Source: Thermoproteota archaeon
GTDB taxonomy: Archaea; Korarchaeota; Korarchaeia; B14-G2
Direction: 5' to 3'
Length of the DNA stretch: 46,451 bases
NCBI GenBank assembly: GCA_003661385.1
Contig: QMWA01000002.1
Span: forward strand, 1 to 46,451
The position numbers were made by a program, and so were the translations under genes. Position 1 is the stretch's first letter; each line of letters opens with the position of its first letter. Shown piece after piece: positions 8,825 to 18,278 of this stretch. The notes below the pieces were generated by a model that was not told the origin of the DNA, did not search any database, and saw only the letters and a program-made list of their open reading frames with translations.

Positions 8825-9253
8825 ATGGGGAAGGTTACCCTCATAGGCAAGCTACAGGCTAGAGTAGGCTGGGAATTTATATTTCTTGGGGAGGCAACAG
8901 CATGCAAGAGATGCAGACTTAGGGCAGTATGTGTCGAAAGCCTTCAGCCAGAGCGGAGGTACACGATTAAAAACGTGAAGAGGAGGGTATTCAAGTGCCA
9001 GCTGCATGGAGAAGTTGTGGCAGTAGAGGTTGAGCCTTCACCACTTGAGGTAGCGATGGAAAGCAGAAGTGTTCACGAGGGCGCAGTTACCCAGTTCATA
9101 GAGCAGAACTGCGGCATCGCGTGCTGGAATAAGAGCCTGTGTAAGCCTGTTGGACTGCCTTCTGGGACCAAAGTCAAGGTAGAAAGTGACCTAGGAGAAA
9201 TCGACTGCCCTCTTGGAAGAAGTTTGAGAAAATGCCGGGTAATCCCTCTTTAG
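8825..9253 (+). CDS. UPF0179 family protein
   Basis: VTLIG.LQA.VG.EF.F.G...C..C.L...C pattern with later conserved Cys residues. Confidence 0.85.
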   Translation: MGKVTLIGKLQARVGWEFIFLGEATACKRCRLRAVCVESLQPERRYTIKNVKRRVFKCQLHGEVVAVEVEPSPLEVAMESRSVHEGAVTQFIEQNCGIACWNKSLCKPVGLPSGTKVKVESDLGEIDCPLGRSLRKCRVIPL

Positions 9254-9973
9254 TTACCTTGCAAGCTCATAAACCTCAGTTAACTCCAGCTTAGATACCT
9301 CCCGGAGGTACCTGCTAACTAAAGCAAGGAAATACGCCTTTCTCGCAGCAAGCTCGCTTATCGTCTCTGGAGAAGCTAGGGTTCTTACCTTAACACAGCC
9401 ATCCTCTACTTTAAGAAGCTCAGGCTTGGAGCCATATGCCTTCTCGAACACTGCACTAGCTTTTTCCTCAGGGCTCTCAAGGATCTTTCTGAGAATTACC
9501 CTGTACTTTAGGGTCTTAGATGCCAGCGGATGATTAAAGTTTACTCTAACTCTACCTCCACTCACCGACTCTATAACACCTCTAACTCCATTTATCTCAA
9601 CTTCCTCTCCTGGCACCAGCCTTGCGCCAGATCTTCTAATTCTACGCTCTGGAAACATCCTCACCTTAGAAGGATCTCTTTTACCATACGCCTTTTCAGG
9701 AGGAACCTCAAAAACTCTCTCCTCGCCCTCATACATCCCCAATATCCCCTCATCAAGGCCCCGAGTAACCCATCTAGCGCCTAAGATCAGTAGTACAGGC
9801 TTATATTCCCGGTTCTCATCGAGCTTACCCTCCCTTTCAGCTGTCTCTCTCATTGTAGTCTCAAGCAGCTCGTCAGTATCCTTAATCCAACAGTCGTAGT
9901 CTACTAGGACAAAGTCCCCTAGCTTAGCAGCCTTACTCTGCTTCTCTACAACCTCAGCTTTAGCAGCAGCCAT
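9254..9973 (-). CDS. slyD: long-type FKBP peptidyl-prolyl isomerase (SlyD-like)
   Basis: GDFVLVDY, VPPEKAYG.RDP and V.FNHPLA.KTL motifs. Confidence 0.93.
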   Translation of the reverse strand: MAAAKAEVVEKQSKAAKLGDFVLVDYDCWIKDTDELLETTMRETAEREGKLDENREYKPVLLILGARWVTRGLDEGILGMYEGEERVFEVPPEKAYGKRDPSKVRMFPERRIRRSGARLVPGEEVEINGVRGVIESVSGGRVRVNFNHPLASKTLKYRVILRKILESPEEKASAVFEKAYGSKPELLKVEDGCVKVRTLASPETISELAARKAYFLALVSRYLREVSKLELTEVYELAR

Positions 9974-10027
9974 AGGAAGGCAGGGGCTTACGCCTTTAAA
10001 AATAGTGCCTTAAGTCTTAGTAGTAGG

Positions 10028-10855
10028 ATGTACAGCAGAAAAAGGCAGCTACCAGAGATAAAAGACGGCATTAAGCCGATTACCAAGCTCTCTCAGAGGT
10101 TCATGGTAGATAAAGGTGTGCTTGAGTTCATAGCTAGAGCAGCAAATATATCTGAGAGGGATATAGTGCTTGAAATAGGAGGAGGCTTAGGTTCACTTAC
10201 CCAAGTAATCTTGCAACATAACCCTTGTAAACTCATAGTTGTAGAGAAGGATGCAAGGCTCTATGCTATCCTTAGACAAAAGTTTACTGGGCAGAGTAAT
10301 GTTCACGTGATCTTAGGAGATATATTGGAATACACACCCCCATTAAGCCTTACGAAGGTGGTTTCAAACCCACCATACCACATAATCTCAAGCCTACTCA
10401 CTAAGATGTTAGAATGGCCCTTTAAGGTGGCAGTCCTTACAGTACAGAGGGAGATAGGATATAGGCTTGTATCTAAGCCTGGGACGAAGAGCTATGGTAG
10501 ATTATCAGTTTTATATAGGCTGGGACACGACATTGAGCTGCTGCGAGCTGTACCTGCTAGGTGCTTCTATCCAAAGCCGAAGGTAAGCTCGGTAGTAGTG
10601 AGGATAGCAAGAACAAGAGAACTAAACTTGAACTACGGGGAGTTTTCTATGTTTCTCAAGCAACTTTTTGCCCATAGAAGAAAGAAGCTGAAAAATAGCT
10701 TGAGGAGTATCGGGCTAAAGAGACAAGAGCTTGAACACCTATTAAAGGCCATTAAAGGAGACAAGCTATGTGAGAGGGTTGATAAGTTAAGCCCTAATGA
10801 ACTCTTAGAGATATATGAGGAGTATAAGAAAGCAGCTAAAAAGGAGTTAACATAA
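10028..10855 (+). CDS. ksgA: 16S rRNA dimethyladenosine transferase KsgA/RsmA
   Basis: VLEIGGGLGSLT, VVSNPPYHI, YGRLSV and F.PKPKV.S motifs. Confidence 0.95.
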   Translation: MYSRKRQLPEIKDGIKPITKLSQRFMVDKGVLEFIARAANISERDIVLEIGGGLGSLTQVILQHNPCKLIVVEKDARLYAILRQKFTGQSNVHVILGDILEYTPPLSLTKVVSNPPYHIISSLLTKMLEWPFKVAVLTVQREIGYRLVSKPGTKSYGRLSVLYRLGHDIELLRAVPARCFYPKPKVSSVVVRIARTRELNLNYGEFSMFLKQLFAHRRKKLKNSLRSIGLKRQELEHLLKAIKGDKLCERVDKLSPNELLEIYEEYKKAAKKELT

Positions 10856-11036
10856 TTTTTCTAAGCTTCTTAGCTTTATTATAGTGTTCCCTACAAAGCC
10901 ATATAGCCCCTGCTTTGACATCGATAGAAAACCCAAGCTGCTGCAAGAAAGGTATTAATGAGCGGCTAGCTTTCTTAGCAGCAGGCTTTCCACAACCAAC
11001 TACAGCACACTTCTTGGCAGTATCACTCAAGACCAT
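10836..11036 (-). CDS. small putative zinc-binding protein
   Basis: CAVVGC...LCREHY ligand pattern in 66 aa. Confidence 0.7.
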   Translation of the reverse strand: MVLSDTAKKCAVVGCGKPAAKKASRSLIPFLQQLGFSIDVKAGAIWLCREHYNKAKKLRKIMLTPF

Positions 11037-11047
11037 CCCTTAGTGAG

Positions 11048-11122
11048 TGCGGCCGCCGGGATTCGAACCCGGGTCACCGGCTCGGGAGGCCGATGTCCTA
11101 GACCAGGCTAGACGACGGCCGC
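11048..11122 (-). tRNA. tRNA-Gly(CCC), intronless
   Basis: GCGGCCG...TCGGC-CT-CCC-GA-GCCGG...TTCGAAT...CGGCCGC-A. Confidence 0.96.
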
Positions 11123-11185
11123 CACACCAAACCTAGTCTACAGGTTTAATAAAGATTAGCACTGAAACTTAGAGTGTTGTAGGAG

Positions 11186-11288
11186 TGGTGCCGTGGGCCG
11201 GACTCTCACTGCATTTTTGAACCGGCGACAACGCGGTCTTCAGCTACGCGTTACCATCGCGCGCTCTCCCAGGCTGAGCTACCACGGC
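11186..11288 (-). tRNA. tRNA-Phe(GAA), CCA encoded, introns at 30/31 (11245-11257) and 59/60 (11203-11215)
   Basis: Removing ATGGTAACGCGTA and AATGCAGTGAGAG gives a standard cloverleaf; central helices CGCG/CGCG and TTCA/TGAG. Confidence 0.93.
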
Positions 11289-11376
11289 ACCGAGTATAGG
11301 TCGGTAAAGCCAACTAATAAACTCTTCTATTGGTGCATAACCACACTGTAACAAGGAAATGATTAGAGAATGAAGC

Positions 11377-11464
11377 TGGTGGGCCGGGAGGGACTCGAAC
11401 CCTCGACCTCCGCCTCGTAAGGGCGGCCTTATGCTAGTGAGTCATACCCCTAGACCACCGGCCC
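11377..11464 (-). tRNA. tRNA-Val(TAC), CCA encoded, 13-nt intron at 25/26 (11428-11440)
   Basis: TATG-AC/T...CATA-AG/G BHB; CCGCC-CT-TAC-GA-GGCGG anticodon arm. Confidence 0.93.
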
Positions 11465-11466
11465 GG

Positions 11467-11631
11467 CTACCTACTCTTGGGCTTCTCATGCTTTGGTCTT
11501 AAGTTTTTAGACTTGCACCTTCTGCACTTAGTTGCACCATAGAAGTTGCGTGCTCCGCATTCTCTGCATATCTTGTATCTCAGCAGAGCTCTCATCGCTA
11601 TCTGCCTTTTAAATGGGTCTTCTATAGGCAT
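11467..11631 (-). CDS. rpl40e: 50S ribosomal protein L40e (not in the ORF track)
   Basis: Hand translation MPIEDPFKRQIAMRALLRYKICRECGARNFYGATKCRRCKSKNLRPKHEKPKSR. Confidence 0.95.
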   Translation of the reverse strand: MPIEDPFKRQIAMRALLRYKICRECGARNFYGATKCRRCKSKNLRPKHEKPKSR

Positions 11632-11695
11632 ACGAGGTCTACTTCCTCACAGCTACCTAACATATAAAAGGGTTCTTACATTGATTGTGGGGAGC

Positions 11696-11941
11696 ATGGA
11701 GAGCAACCAAGATCTGGAAATCAAGATTCTATCGATTGTAGAGAGCAGGGATGGAGTTCATTTAAGAGAGCTGCTTACAGCCATTAGAGTGGGATTTAGT
11801 AGGTTAAGACAAGTGTTAGAGGCACTTGAGGAGAAGGGAGAAATCGTGATCAAGAAGCATGGAGGCTATACGTTTGTTGCCATCACAGATAATGGAAGGA
11901 AAAGGCTGCTGGAAGCTAGAGGCGAGGTGGAGGAGGCCTAA
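11696..11941 (+). CDS. small winged-helix DNA-binding protein
   Basis: ILSIV....G.HLREL......L..LEEKGEI......ITDNGR wHTH pattern; TATAAAA upstream of the ATG. Confidence 0.75.
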   Translation: MESNQDLEIKILSIVESRDGVHLRELLTAIRVGFSRLRQVLEALEEKGEIVIKKHGGYTFVAITDNGRKRLLEARGEVEEA

Positions 11942-12028
11942 GCTGAAGTGATGCAGCCTCTATGAAAAGTGTTTAATAGTAAAGGAGCTGGCAAGGTGTA
12001 GAGTGCTGTAGCAGTGGAAGTGGTACCA

Positions 12029-12520
12029 ATGAAGTTTCCACTTGACGTGTTATGTGTGAGAACAGGGACATTCTGCCCAGTATGTAGAGCGAAGATACAG
12101 GAAGGAAAGGTAACTCAGACAGATATTGATGTTATTAAGGTCTTAATAGACATCCCTGAAGCATCGAAGATGGAAGGAGAGTATGTGAAGAGTATAAAGA
12201 CAGAAAGGGGGATTTGGGTCGTCATAAAGGGAGATATAAGCGAAGCGCAGGCTAGATCTCTTGGCAGATCCATGAGTAGAAGGCTAAAAAGCAGGGTTAG
12301 AGTCATTAGATACAAGGAGGGGGAGATAGAGAAGCTAATTGCAAGCATCCTTGCACCACATCAAATAGTGGGGATGAGTAGGAGGTATATTTTCGAGGAC
12401 CTCGTGATACTAAAGATCTTCGTGAGGTTGAAGGGGAGAAAGAGCAGGAGAAGCTTAGATGAGGAGAGGGAGATCATTAGCCAGCTTATTGGGATGCCTA
12501 TCTTGATAGAGGAGGTTTAA
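12029..12520 (+). CDS. NusA-like KH protein with N-terminal Cys cluster (NusA2 type)
   Basis: MKFPLD.LC..TG.FCP.C..K...GKVT..D.DV pattern. Confidence 0.8.
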   Translation: MKFPLDVLCVRTGTFCPVCRAKIQEGKVTQTDIDVIKVLIDIPEASKMEGEYVKSIKTERGIWVVIKGDISEAQARSLGRSMSRRLKSRVRVIRYKEGEIEKLIASILAPHQIVGMSRRYIFEDLVILKIFVRLKGRKSRRSLDEEREIISQLIGMPILIEEV

Positions 12521-13742
12521 GGCCGCCTTCATAGTCTTCTATGTGGCTGCTTTTCATGAACTCCCTGAGTACGATGCTTGCATATCCTCCTCGCTCTAGA
12601 TAGAAGGATAGAACTACTGAGTTTCTATCCACATCAACTTCTAGGAATTTAGGCCATAAGACTGCAGACCTGATCGCTCCAGCTAGCTGGGAGGGCCAGC
12701 GCTTCACGTCAGCATGGGAGAGCCCTGCTTCCCTTAAAGCCTGGCTTAACGCCTGGGATAATGGACCTCGGTAGAGTTTGAGCGTGCTGTAGCCAGGAAT
12801 CGGTACACAGATAGATGCAATCCCAGATGAGCATAGCTTAGTGAGTTTAGCTGCATCCCATGAAGTCCTTGCTACAACATACCTCTCAAAGATCTTCACT
12901 ATGGTACCAGGCCTTACTCTGGTGAAGTTAAAGCCGTTATCAGCTAGTATAGACAGTACTCTGTTAAATAGGTAGGCTTGATAGCTCTGCAGAATTATGG
13001 AAAGAACTCTTGGCGGTAGTGCGGATATCGCCCTTGAGATGCCTCCCCTCCTGTCTTTGAGCCTCCTAATAACCTTGGCTTCATATGAGAACGGTGTGGC
13101 ATACGGGGACTCTTTTATAGCTTGCTCTAAAAGCTGGAGATCTGCCTGGAGTACAGCTTTGGCAATAAGCAGATTAACTGGGGTGGGTATTCCAAATCTC
13201 TGATAGCCAAAGTAGTTCAGGCACCCCGACTCCCTTAGCTCAGCTGCTAGCTGCTGGATCCGCTTTGAAGAAGCTCCTATGATCCTGATTCTGAATACAT
13301 TCCCCTTCAGCTCTCTGGTAGCTATGTGATGGCTAGAGTAGCCTATGTACCTCACCTTTATGCCCTGAGGCAGGCTCTGAGAGGTTATTCTAGAGGCAGC
13401 TGGAATTGTTACTATCTGATGTGATATAGCTCTCTTGTCCTTAATTCCAGCATATCGGATAGCATCCACACTTATTTTAGCAGCTTTAGCGAGTTGAGCT
13501 GCAGCATACATCGTCGTGTGCCCTATCTTGGAGAGAACATAGCATCTGTATCTTCCAGCCCTCAGATGAGTTGACTGCAGCAAGCTAGCTCTGATAAACG
13601 GGGGATAAACTTCGTCGACAACAAAGTCCCAAGGATACAGCTTAGCTACTCCACCTGCCCCAGGAGGACTTGTTGAATAGAAGTTTAAACCTATTTCTGT
13701 CTCATATGTGGAACTCGTAGGGACTAGCCGCATCACCATCAC
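12498..13742 (-). CDS. truD: tRNA pseudouridine(13) synthase TruD
   Basis: DFVVDE, AGIKDKRAIS.Q, GNVFRI, NYFGYQRFG, YQAYLFNR and F.L.RG.YA...LRE motifs. Confidence 0.93.
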   Translation of the reverse strand: MMVMRLVPTSSTYETEIGLNFYSTSPPGAGGVAKLYPWDFVVDEVYPPFIRASLLQSTHLRAGRYRCYVLSKIGHTTMYAAAQLAKAAKISVDAIRYAGIKDKRAISHQIVTIPAASRITSQSLPQGIKVRYIGYSSHHIATRELKGNVFRIRIIGASSKRIQQLAAELRESGCLNYFGYQRFGIPTPVNLLIAKAVLQADLQLLEQAIKESPYATPFSYEAKVIRRLKDRRGGISRAISALPPRVLSIILQSYQAYLFNRVLSILADNGFNFTRVRPGTIVKIFERYVVARTSWDAAKLTKLCSSGIASICVPIPGYSTLKLYRGPLSQALSQALREAGLSHADVKRWPSQLAGAIRSAVLWPKFLEVDVDRNSVVLSFYLERGGYASIVLREFMKSSHIEDYEGGLKPPLSR

Positions 13743-14110
13743 AGCAGCTTAAGGTGGCCAGTTATCTTATCTACCTCCTCTTCTCTAGCTGGACCTATCG
13801 CAGCCGCAGTTATGGTTCCAGGGGGGACTTCCGTGAGACCTGCGTCCCTTATTAGTGATGCTGGTAGGCCAGCTTTCTTAGCTTTATTATAGTACTCGGT
13901 GAGCTCGTTTTCCCCGCTGCACCTGAGAACGACTTTCTTGCCGCCCTCCTTTCTCCACAATCTGTACGCCTCTGGGTATAGCTTACGGGCCTCCTCGGCT
14001 GCCTCAAGTGAAGCATGACAAGCCTGTGCTATTATCTTCCCAATAGACATTTTTAGGTCTACTCTAATCAGTATGCATTGCTTAAACCTGAACTTTCTCA
14101 GATGCATCAC
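13739..14110 (-). CDS. pth2: peptidyl-tRNA hydrolase Pth2
   Basis: GKIIAQACHA, KKVVL, DAGLTEVPPGT.T and ITGHLKLL motifs. Confidence 0.96.
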   Translation of the reverse strand: MMHLRKFRFKQCILIRVDLKMSIGKIIAQACHASLEAAEEARKLYPEAYRLWRKEGGKKVVLRCSGENELTEYYNKAKKAGLPASLIRDAGLTEVPPGTITAAAIGPAREEEVDKITGHLKLL

Positions 14111-15221
14111 CTAGAATGTGTGTGAAAAGCCTTAGATACCTTTTTGCTGTCAGTTCCCAGGTGAACTTTCTCGCGATGCTAATAGCTCTCTTAACGATGT
14201 ACTCAGCTAGGCTAGGGTCTTCTAAAATGGCTTTTATGGCGTTAGCCAGCTCTAAGCAGGAGTGAGGGTTGACTACTATAGCATGACGCCAGTTTACTAA
14301 GACATCAGAGACGCCAGCGAATCTAGAGACAATGACTGGCGTGCCGACAGCCATCGCCTCCAGTACAGTCAACCCCCAAGCTTCTCTAGTTGATGGCACA
14401 ACAAGGACGTCTGCAGACCTCAGCACATACGGGACCTTATCCCTAGAGACCTCAGGAATGAGAGCAACACGGCTCCCTACCTTGAGACCTGAGGCTTCTT
14501 TCAATATTTCCCTAGCCAGCGGCCCTCTTCCGCAGTACACTAGATAAGTGTCCTGCAAGCTCCTAACCAGCTTCTTAAATGCAGGAAGAAGCACTAGAGG
14601 GTTTTTATATGGGATTAGAGGAGCCATAAACAGTATTATCCTCGCGTGCACAGGCAAGCCCACAGCCCTTCTGGCTTCCTCACGAGGGATCTTAGCAATA
14701 GAGGAGAGCCCCTTGAAGTCTACCCCGCCAGGTATCACTGTGATTCTCTCCCTCGGAAAACCAAGAGCAGCAAGCTCGCAAGCTAACCTTCTGCTCACAG
14801 CAACGTAGAATGTGCATGATAAAAGTAATGGAACTAAGGGGCGCATGACTCCCTTTAATAGAGCTACATCAGAGCCGTGGAAGGTAAGAACCTTGGGAGC
14901 GCGGAGTTTCGCTAGAGAGACAGCGACCCCTGATGTCACAGCGTAGTGGGCGTTCACCACATCAACTCCCCTAAGAAGGGATAAGATTGAAGCTGCAGCT
15001 GAAGCTGAAGCCGTAAAAGTTAGCCCTCTTAGTAAGGGGAGAGAGACTGTGGGCATTCTGTATACAGTCTCCATACCAGCTTTCTTGGATTCAAGATAGG
15101 ATATGACCTCCACCCTCACTCCAGTTCTTGCAAGGCGGGTAGCTACCTCTGTAGCATAGACCTCCACACCAGCTGGAGTAGGATTATATGGGGCTACAAG
15201 CAGAACTGAAGAGAGGAGCAT
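14082..15221 (-). CDS. GT4 family glycosyltransferase
   Basis: TFHGSD, IPGGVD and PS..EAWGL..LEAMA.GTPVI motifs. Confidence 0.92.
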   Translation of the reverse strand: MLLSSVLLVAPYNPTPAGVEVYATEVATRLARTGVRVEVISYLESKKAGMETVYRMPTVSLPLLRGLTFTASASAAASILSLLRGVDVVNAHYAVTSGVAVSLAKLRAPKVLTFHGSDVALLKGVMRPLVPLLLSCTFYVAVSRRLACELAALGFPRERITVIPGGVDFKGLSSIAKIPREEARRAVGLPVHARIILFMAPLIPYKNPLVLLPAFKKLVRSLQDTYLVYCGRGPLAREILKEASGLKVGSRVALIPEVSRDKVPYVLRSADVLVVPSTREAWGLTVLEAMAVGTPVIVSRFAGVSDVLVNWRHAIVVNPHSCLELANAIKAILEDPSLAEYIVKRAISIARKFTWELTAKRYLRLFTHILGDASEKVQV

Positions 15222-15291
15222 CTACTGATCAGTGGACACACATGTGAAAGACTGTTTAATAAGTTGATGAAGCATATAGCAGGGACCTAAT

Positions 15292-16323
15292 TTGGGGGTG
15301 AAACTTACCCCTCTAGTGAAGGGGGAGACTTGCGAGTTAGAGGAGCTTTCAGGGAGGGTGCTGGCTATAGACGCATACAACTTTTTCTACCAGTTCCTGG
15401 CTTCAATAAGGCAGCCAGATGGAACTCCTCTGATGGATAGTAAGGGGAGAGTAACCTCAGCCCACTCTGGGACATTTTACAGGACTGCTAACATGCTTAA
15501 GATTGGAATAAAGCCTGTGTTCGTGTTTGATGGAGAACCTAGTCCTCTAAAGAAGGCTACATTAGAGGCCAGAAGGAAGACCAGAGAGGAAGCCATGGAA
15601 AAGTGGATGAAGGCATTAAGAGAAGGCAGAATAGAGGAGGCAAGGAAATATGCCCAAGCAGCAATCGCACTAGATGAGGAAATGGTAAAAGACTTGGAGA
15701 AGCTTATAACAGCCTTAGGAGTACCTGTGGTACACGCGCCAAGCGAGGGAGAAGCACAGTCAGCTTACATGTGTAGCAGAGGAGATGTTTGGGCTACCGC
15801 ATCTCAGGACTATGATTCTCTTGTATTCGGAAGCCCTAGGCTAGTAAGAAACCTAGCTATAGTCGGAAGGCGGAAGCTCCCTGGGAAACAGGTGTATGTC
15901 AAGGTTTCACCGGAAGTGTTTGAGCTGGAGAAGATGCTTAAGGAGCTCGGTATAGGCAGAGAGCAGCTAGTTGCACTGGCAATACTCGTTGGGACAGACT
16001 ATAACCCAGGAGGGGTACCTGGCATAGGACCTAAGAGAGCTTTGAGCATAGTCAGAAAGCATAAGGACATAGATAGGGTATTCAGGGAGGTAAAGTGGGA
16101 GTTTGAGGTAGATCCCATGGAGATAGCGAGGATCTTTCTTGAACCTGATGTCACCAGCAATTATACACTTGAGTGGAAGCCCGTAGATAGAGACAGGGTG
16201 CTAAGAATCCTAGTAGACGAGCATGATTTCAGCTTTGAAAGGGTAAGCAAGGCACTTGATGAGATAGAGGCTGCAGTAGAGAGGGCTAAGAAGAGGAGGA
16301 GTCTAGAAGCCTGGTTCAAATGA
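15292..16323 (+). CDS. fen: flap endonuclease 1
   Basis: MGV.L, AIDAYN..YQFL, EGEAQ, SQDYD, GTDYN motifs and C-terminal PIP box (SLEAWF). Confidence 0.98.
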   Translation: MGVKLTPLVKGETCELEELSGRVLAIDAYNFFYQFLASIRQPDGTPLMDSKGRVTSAHSGTFYRTANMLKIGIKPVFVFDGEPSPLKKATLEARRKTREEAMEKWMKALREGRIEEARKYAQAAIALDEEMVKDLEKLITALGVPVVHAPSEGEAQSAYMCSRGDVWATASQDYDSLVFGSPRLVRNLAIVGRRKLPGKQVYVKVSPEVFELEKMLKELGIGREQLVALAILVGTDYNPGGVPGIGPKRALSIVRKHKDIDRVFREVKWEFEVDPMEIARIFLEPDVTSNYTLEWKPVDRDRVLRILVDEHDFSFERVSKALDEIEAAVERAKKRRSLEAWFK

Positions 16324-16545
16324 AAGCTCTCCATGCCTTGTGAGTTCAGCAACCAGGGCGTCGTTTCTTCCCCTATACACCACGACCAGATCCATGAGCT
16401 CCAGCTTCAGGAGAACAGCTCTCAGCTCAGTTTGAGTAACCTCCTTTAGGCAGGTCTTGCGTAGTTCCCTCAGTAAGTCAGCTTCACTAGCCCTCTTGAG
16501 CCGAGATAACACGCTGATAACAGCAGACTCTAAAAGCGAAATCAA
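16303..16545 (-). CDS. small winged-helix-like hypothetical protein
   Basis: 80 aa; helical pattern with ELR..LLKLE....V. Confidence 0.6.
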   Translation of the reverse strand: MISLLESAVISVLSRLKRASEADLLRELRKTCLKEVTQTELRAVLLKLELMDLVVVYRGRNDALVAELTRHGELSFEPGF

Positions 16546-16637
16546 GATCTCAGACCAGTAGGTGTTTTATTACTGAAATTCCAGCTACAGATATGTGCTC
16601 GCAACCTTTTAAAAGGGTAGCGCCCTGCTAACAGGAC

Positions 16638-16811
16638 TTGAAGTGCAGTAGATGTGGCAGGGAGACAGGGTATCTTAGTACATGCATTCTATGCGGTAAG
16701 TCTTACTGTACAAGCTGCTTCATACCGATGATGGGAGTCTGCAAGAACTGTGCACCCAATTACGATAAGCTAGCTAGAGCTAGAGTACGCGAGTCACTCT
16801 CTCGATGTTAA
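16638..16811 (+). CDS. small four-CxxC zinc-finger protein (not in the ORF track)
   Basis: Hand translation MKCSRCGRETGYLSTCILCGKSYCTSCFIPMMGVCKNCAPNY...; TTTTAAAA box about 25 nt upstream. Confidence 0.8.
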   Translation: MKCSRCGRETGYLSTCILCGKSYCTSCFIPMMGVCKNCAPNYDKLARARVRESLSRC

Positions 16812-17043
16812 AGCTGCTTAGCCCTGAGATCTCTCCAAGCGCCCTCTCAACAGGCTCTGTCCCAAGAGACTCATCCACAATAAGCCTTACTGCTATGGCA
16901 CTCAACCCAAATGCTATTGGCCTCTCTGAGACATCAACTATCTCTGCTACCTCAGCAAGCTTTGACTGCAGTGATGACCTCACAGAGTCTAGGACATCTG
17001 CGCTCTCCGGGTAGAGCACCACCTCAAGCAGCACGCGCCCCAA
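16780..17043 (-). CDS. ef1b: translation elongation factor aEF-1beta
   Basis: V.YPES and PIAFGL.A motifs; GAGGTGA SD. Confidence 0.93.
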   Translation of the reverse strand: MGRVLLEVVLYPESADVLDSVRSSLQSKLAEVAEIVDVSERPIAFGLSAIAVRLIVDESLGTEPVERALGEISGLSSFNIERVTRVL

Positions 17044-17052
17044 ACCATCACC

Positions 17053-17229
17053 TCAAGGCCCTACGAAGGAACAAGAAGGGCAGACGTACTCTCTTCCATA
17101 CTGCCTACAGGTGTAGCACCTTATGATTCTAGTGGTACCACAGTTTGGACAGTAGAATGCGACCGCCCTAAGAGTGGGAGAGATTCTTCTGCCACAGGAT
17201 ACACATGTAAGCTGCTCTTTAGCCAACAC
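17053..17229 (-). CDS. HVO_2753/DUF1610-type zinc-finger protein (not in the ORF track)
   Basis: Hand translation ...CVSCG...FYCPNCG...IRCYTCRQYG.EY.CPSCSFVGP; usual position upstream of ef1b. Confidence 0.92.
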   Translation of the reverse strand: MLAKEQLTCVSCGRRISPTLRAVAFYCPNCGTTRIIRCYTCRQYGREYVCPSCSFVGP

Positions 17230-17233
17230 GCAC

Positions 17234-18238
17234 TCACCCTTGAAGGTCGCTTGAGATCCTTAGCATATAGGTTTTTCCCACCTTCTCTCTTACCAGCAGC
17301 CCCCTGTCAACGAGAGAGTTCACAAGCCTAGATACCTTAGGCCTATTAAACCCTGTCATAGCAGGCAAATCTTCTTGTTTAACTCCCCCCGCCTTGGCTA
17401 CAGACTCTAGTATGGCCCTCTCCTCAGGATCTAGGTAGTTAAGGATGAGAGAAAGCTTAGCTGACACACGCTCTCTGGACAAATGTAGTACTAAATATGA
17501 TGCAAGCACACCCATGATAGCCGCTGAAAGGTGGGTTAGTACTGCCTTCCACGACACTCTTAGCCTAGGTCTTGGGAAAGGTGGCATATAAGTCCCTTTC
17601 CTGAGCTCTACTAGCTTGCATTCTACTCCAACAGCCTTCAGCTCCTCAGACACCGTAGCAAAGTGCTCGCTTAAGCCTACAACATAGCATTCGTCTGGCT
17701 GGATCAGCCCGTCCCTTATTGCCTGCAGGAGGACCAGAGGAACAGGTTCTGTTTTAGAGGAGAAAATTATTGGGGCATCAAGCTCTCTTGAGAGAACAAG
17801 ACAGGGCAGGTATACGGAGGAGTCCCAGCCATCAGCTAGTATTATGCGGCTTGCATCAGGCCATAGTCTCCAAGTAAAGTCCACTGAAGTCTCTATTCTG
17901 CGGACTCCTGCTATCCTAACCACATCAAGCCCTAACTCAGAGAGCTCCTCCTCCACGCTGCTGGATATAGCCAGAGTATCTCCTACTATGAGGACCCTGC
18001 CACCACCTAGTCTAGCTAGGCCTCCCAATAGCTCCTTTGTCTCGCTAGTAAGCACAGACCTCTCAACAACTGTAAGAACTGGGATCCCCTGTCTTTGAGC
18101 ATATGCCATAGCAATTACCCAGTCGGGGTATATGTCGCCTCTAACGAGGATTGCCGAAAAAGGCGGCTGAAAGCTTGGGTATACTGCGATCAGAGTGGAT
18201 GTGAGGGTAAAAAGGGAGAAAACAGAGAGAAGTCTCAT
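17234..18238 (-). CDS. membrane protein: signal peptide, cell-wall-binding-2-like domain, TM helix and C-terminal winged HTH
   Basis: VLIVG...AIS..VEEEL..LG.DV.RIAG..RIETS resembles the CWB2 repeat; hydrophobic span near aa 235-253; Q.DL...TGF.RPKVSRLV..L..RGL..REK.G HTH. Confidence 0.75.
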   Translation of the reverse strand: MRLLSVFSLFTLTSTLIAVYPSFQPPFSAILVRGDIYPDWVIAMAYAQRQGIPVLTVVERSVLTSETKELLGGLARLGGGRVLIVGDTLAISSSVEEELSELGLDVVRIAGVRRIETSVDFTWRLWPDASRIILADGWDSSVYLPCLVLSRELDAPIIFSSKTEPVPLVLLQAIRDGLIQPDECYVVGLSEHFATVSEELKAVGVECKLVELRKGTYMPPFPRPRLRVSWKAVLTHLSAAIMGVLASYLVLHLSRERVSAKLSLILNYLDPEERAILESVAKAGGVKQEDLPAMTGFNRPKVSRLVNSLVDRGLLVREKVGKTYMLRISSDLQG

Positions 18239-18278
18239 GACGACCCCAACAAGTAAGTGGTACAGGATAAACTTAATG

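Noticed and set aside
4958..11464. Near-identical segments at about 4958 and 11380 as possible attL/attR of an integrated element
   Set aside because: Both are complete tRNA-Val isoacceptors, the enclosed genes are housekeeping, and there is no integrase
11925..11970. Possible C/D box sRNA (CTGA followed by GTGATG), and a lone TGATGA near 15265
   Set aside because: No complete and correctly spaced set of C, D', C' and D boxes
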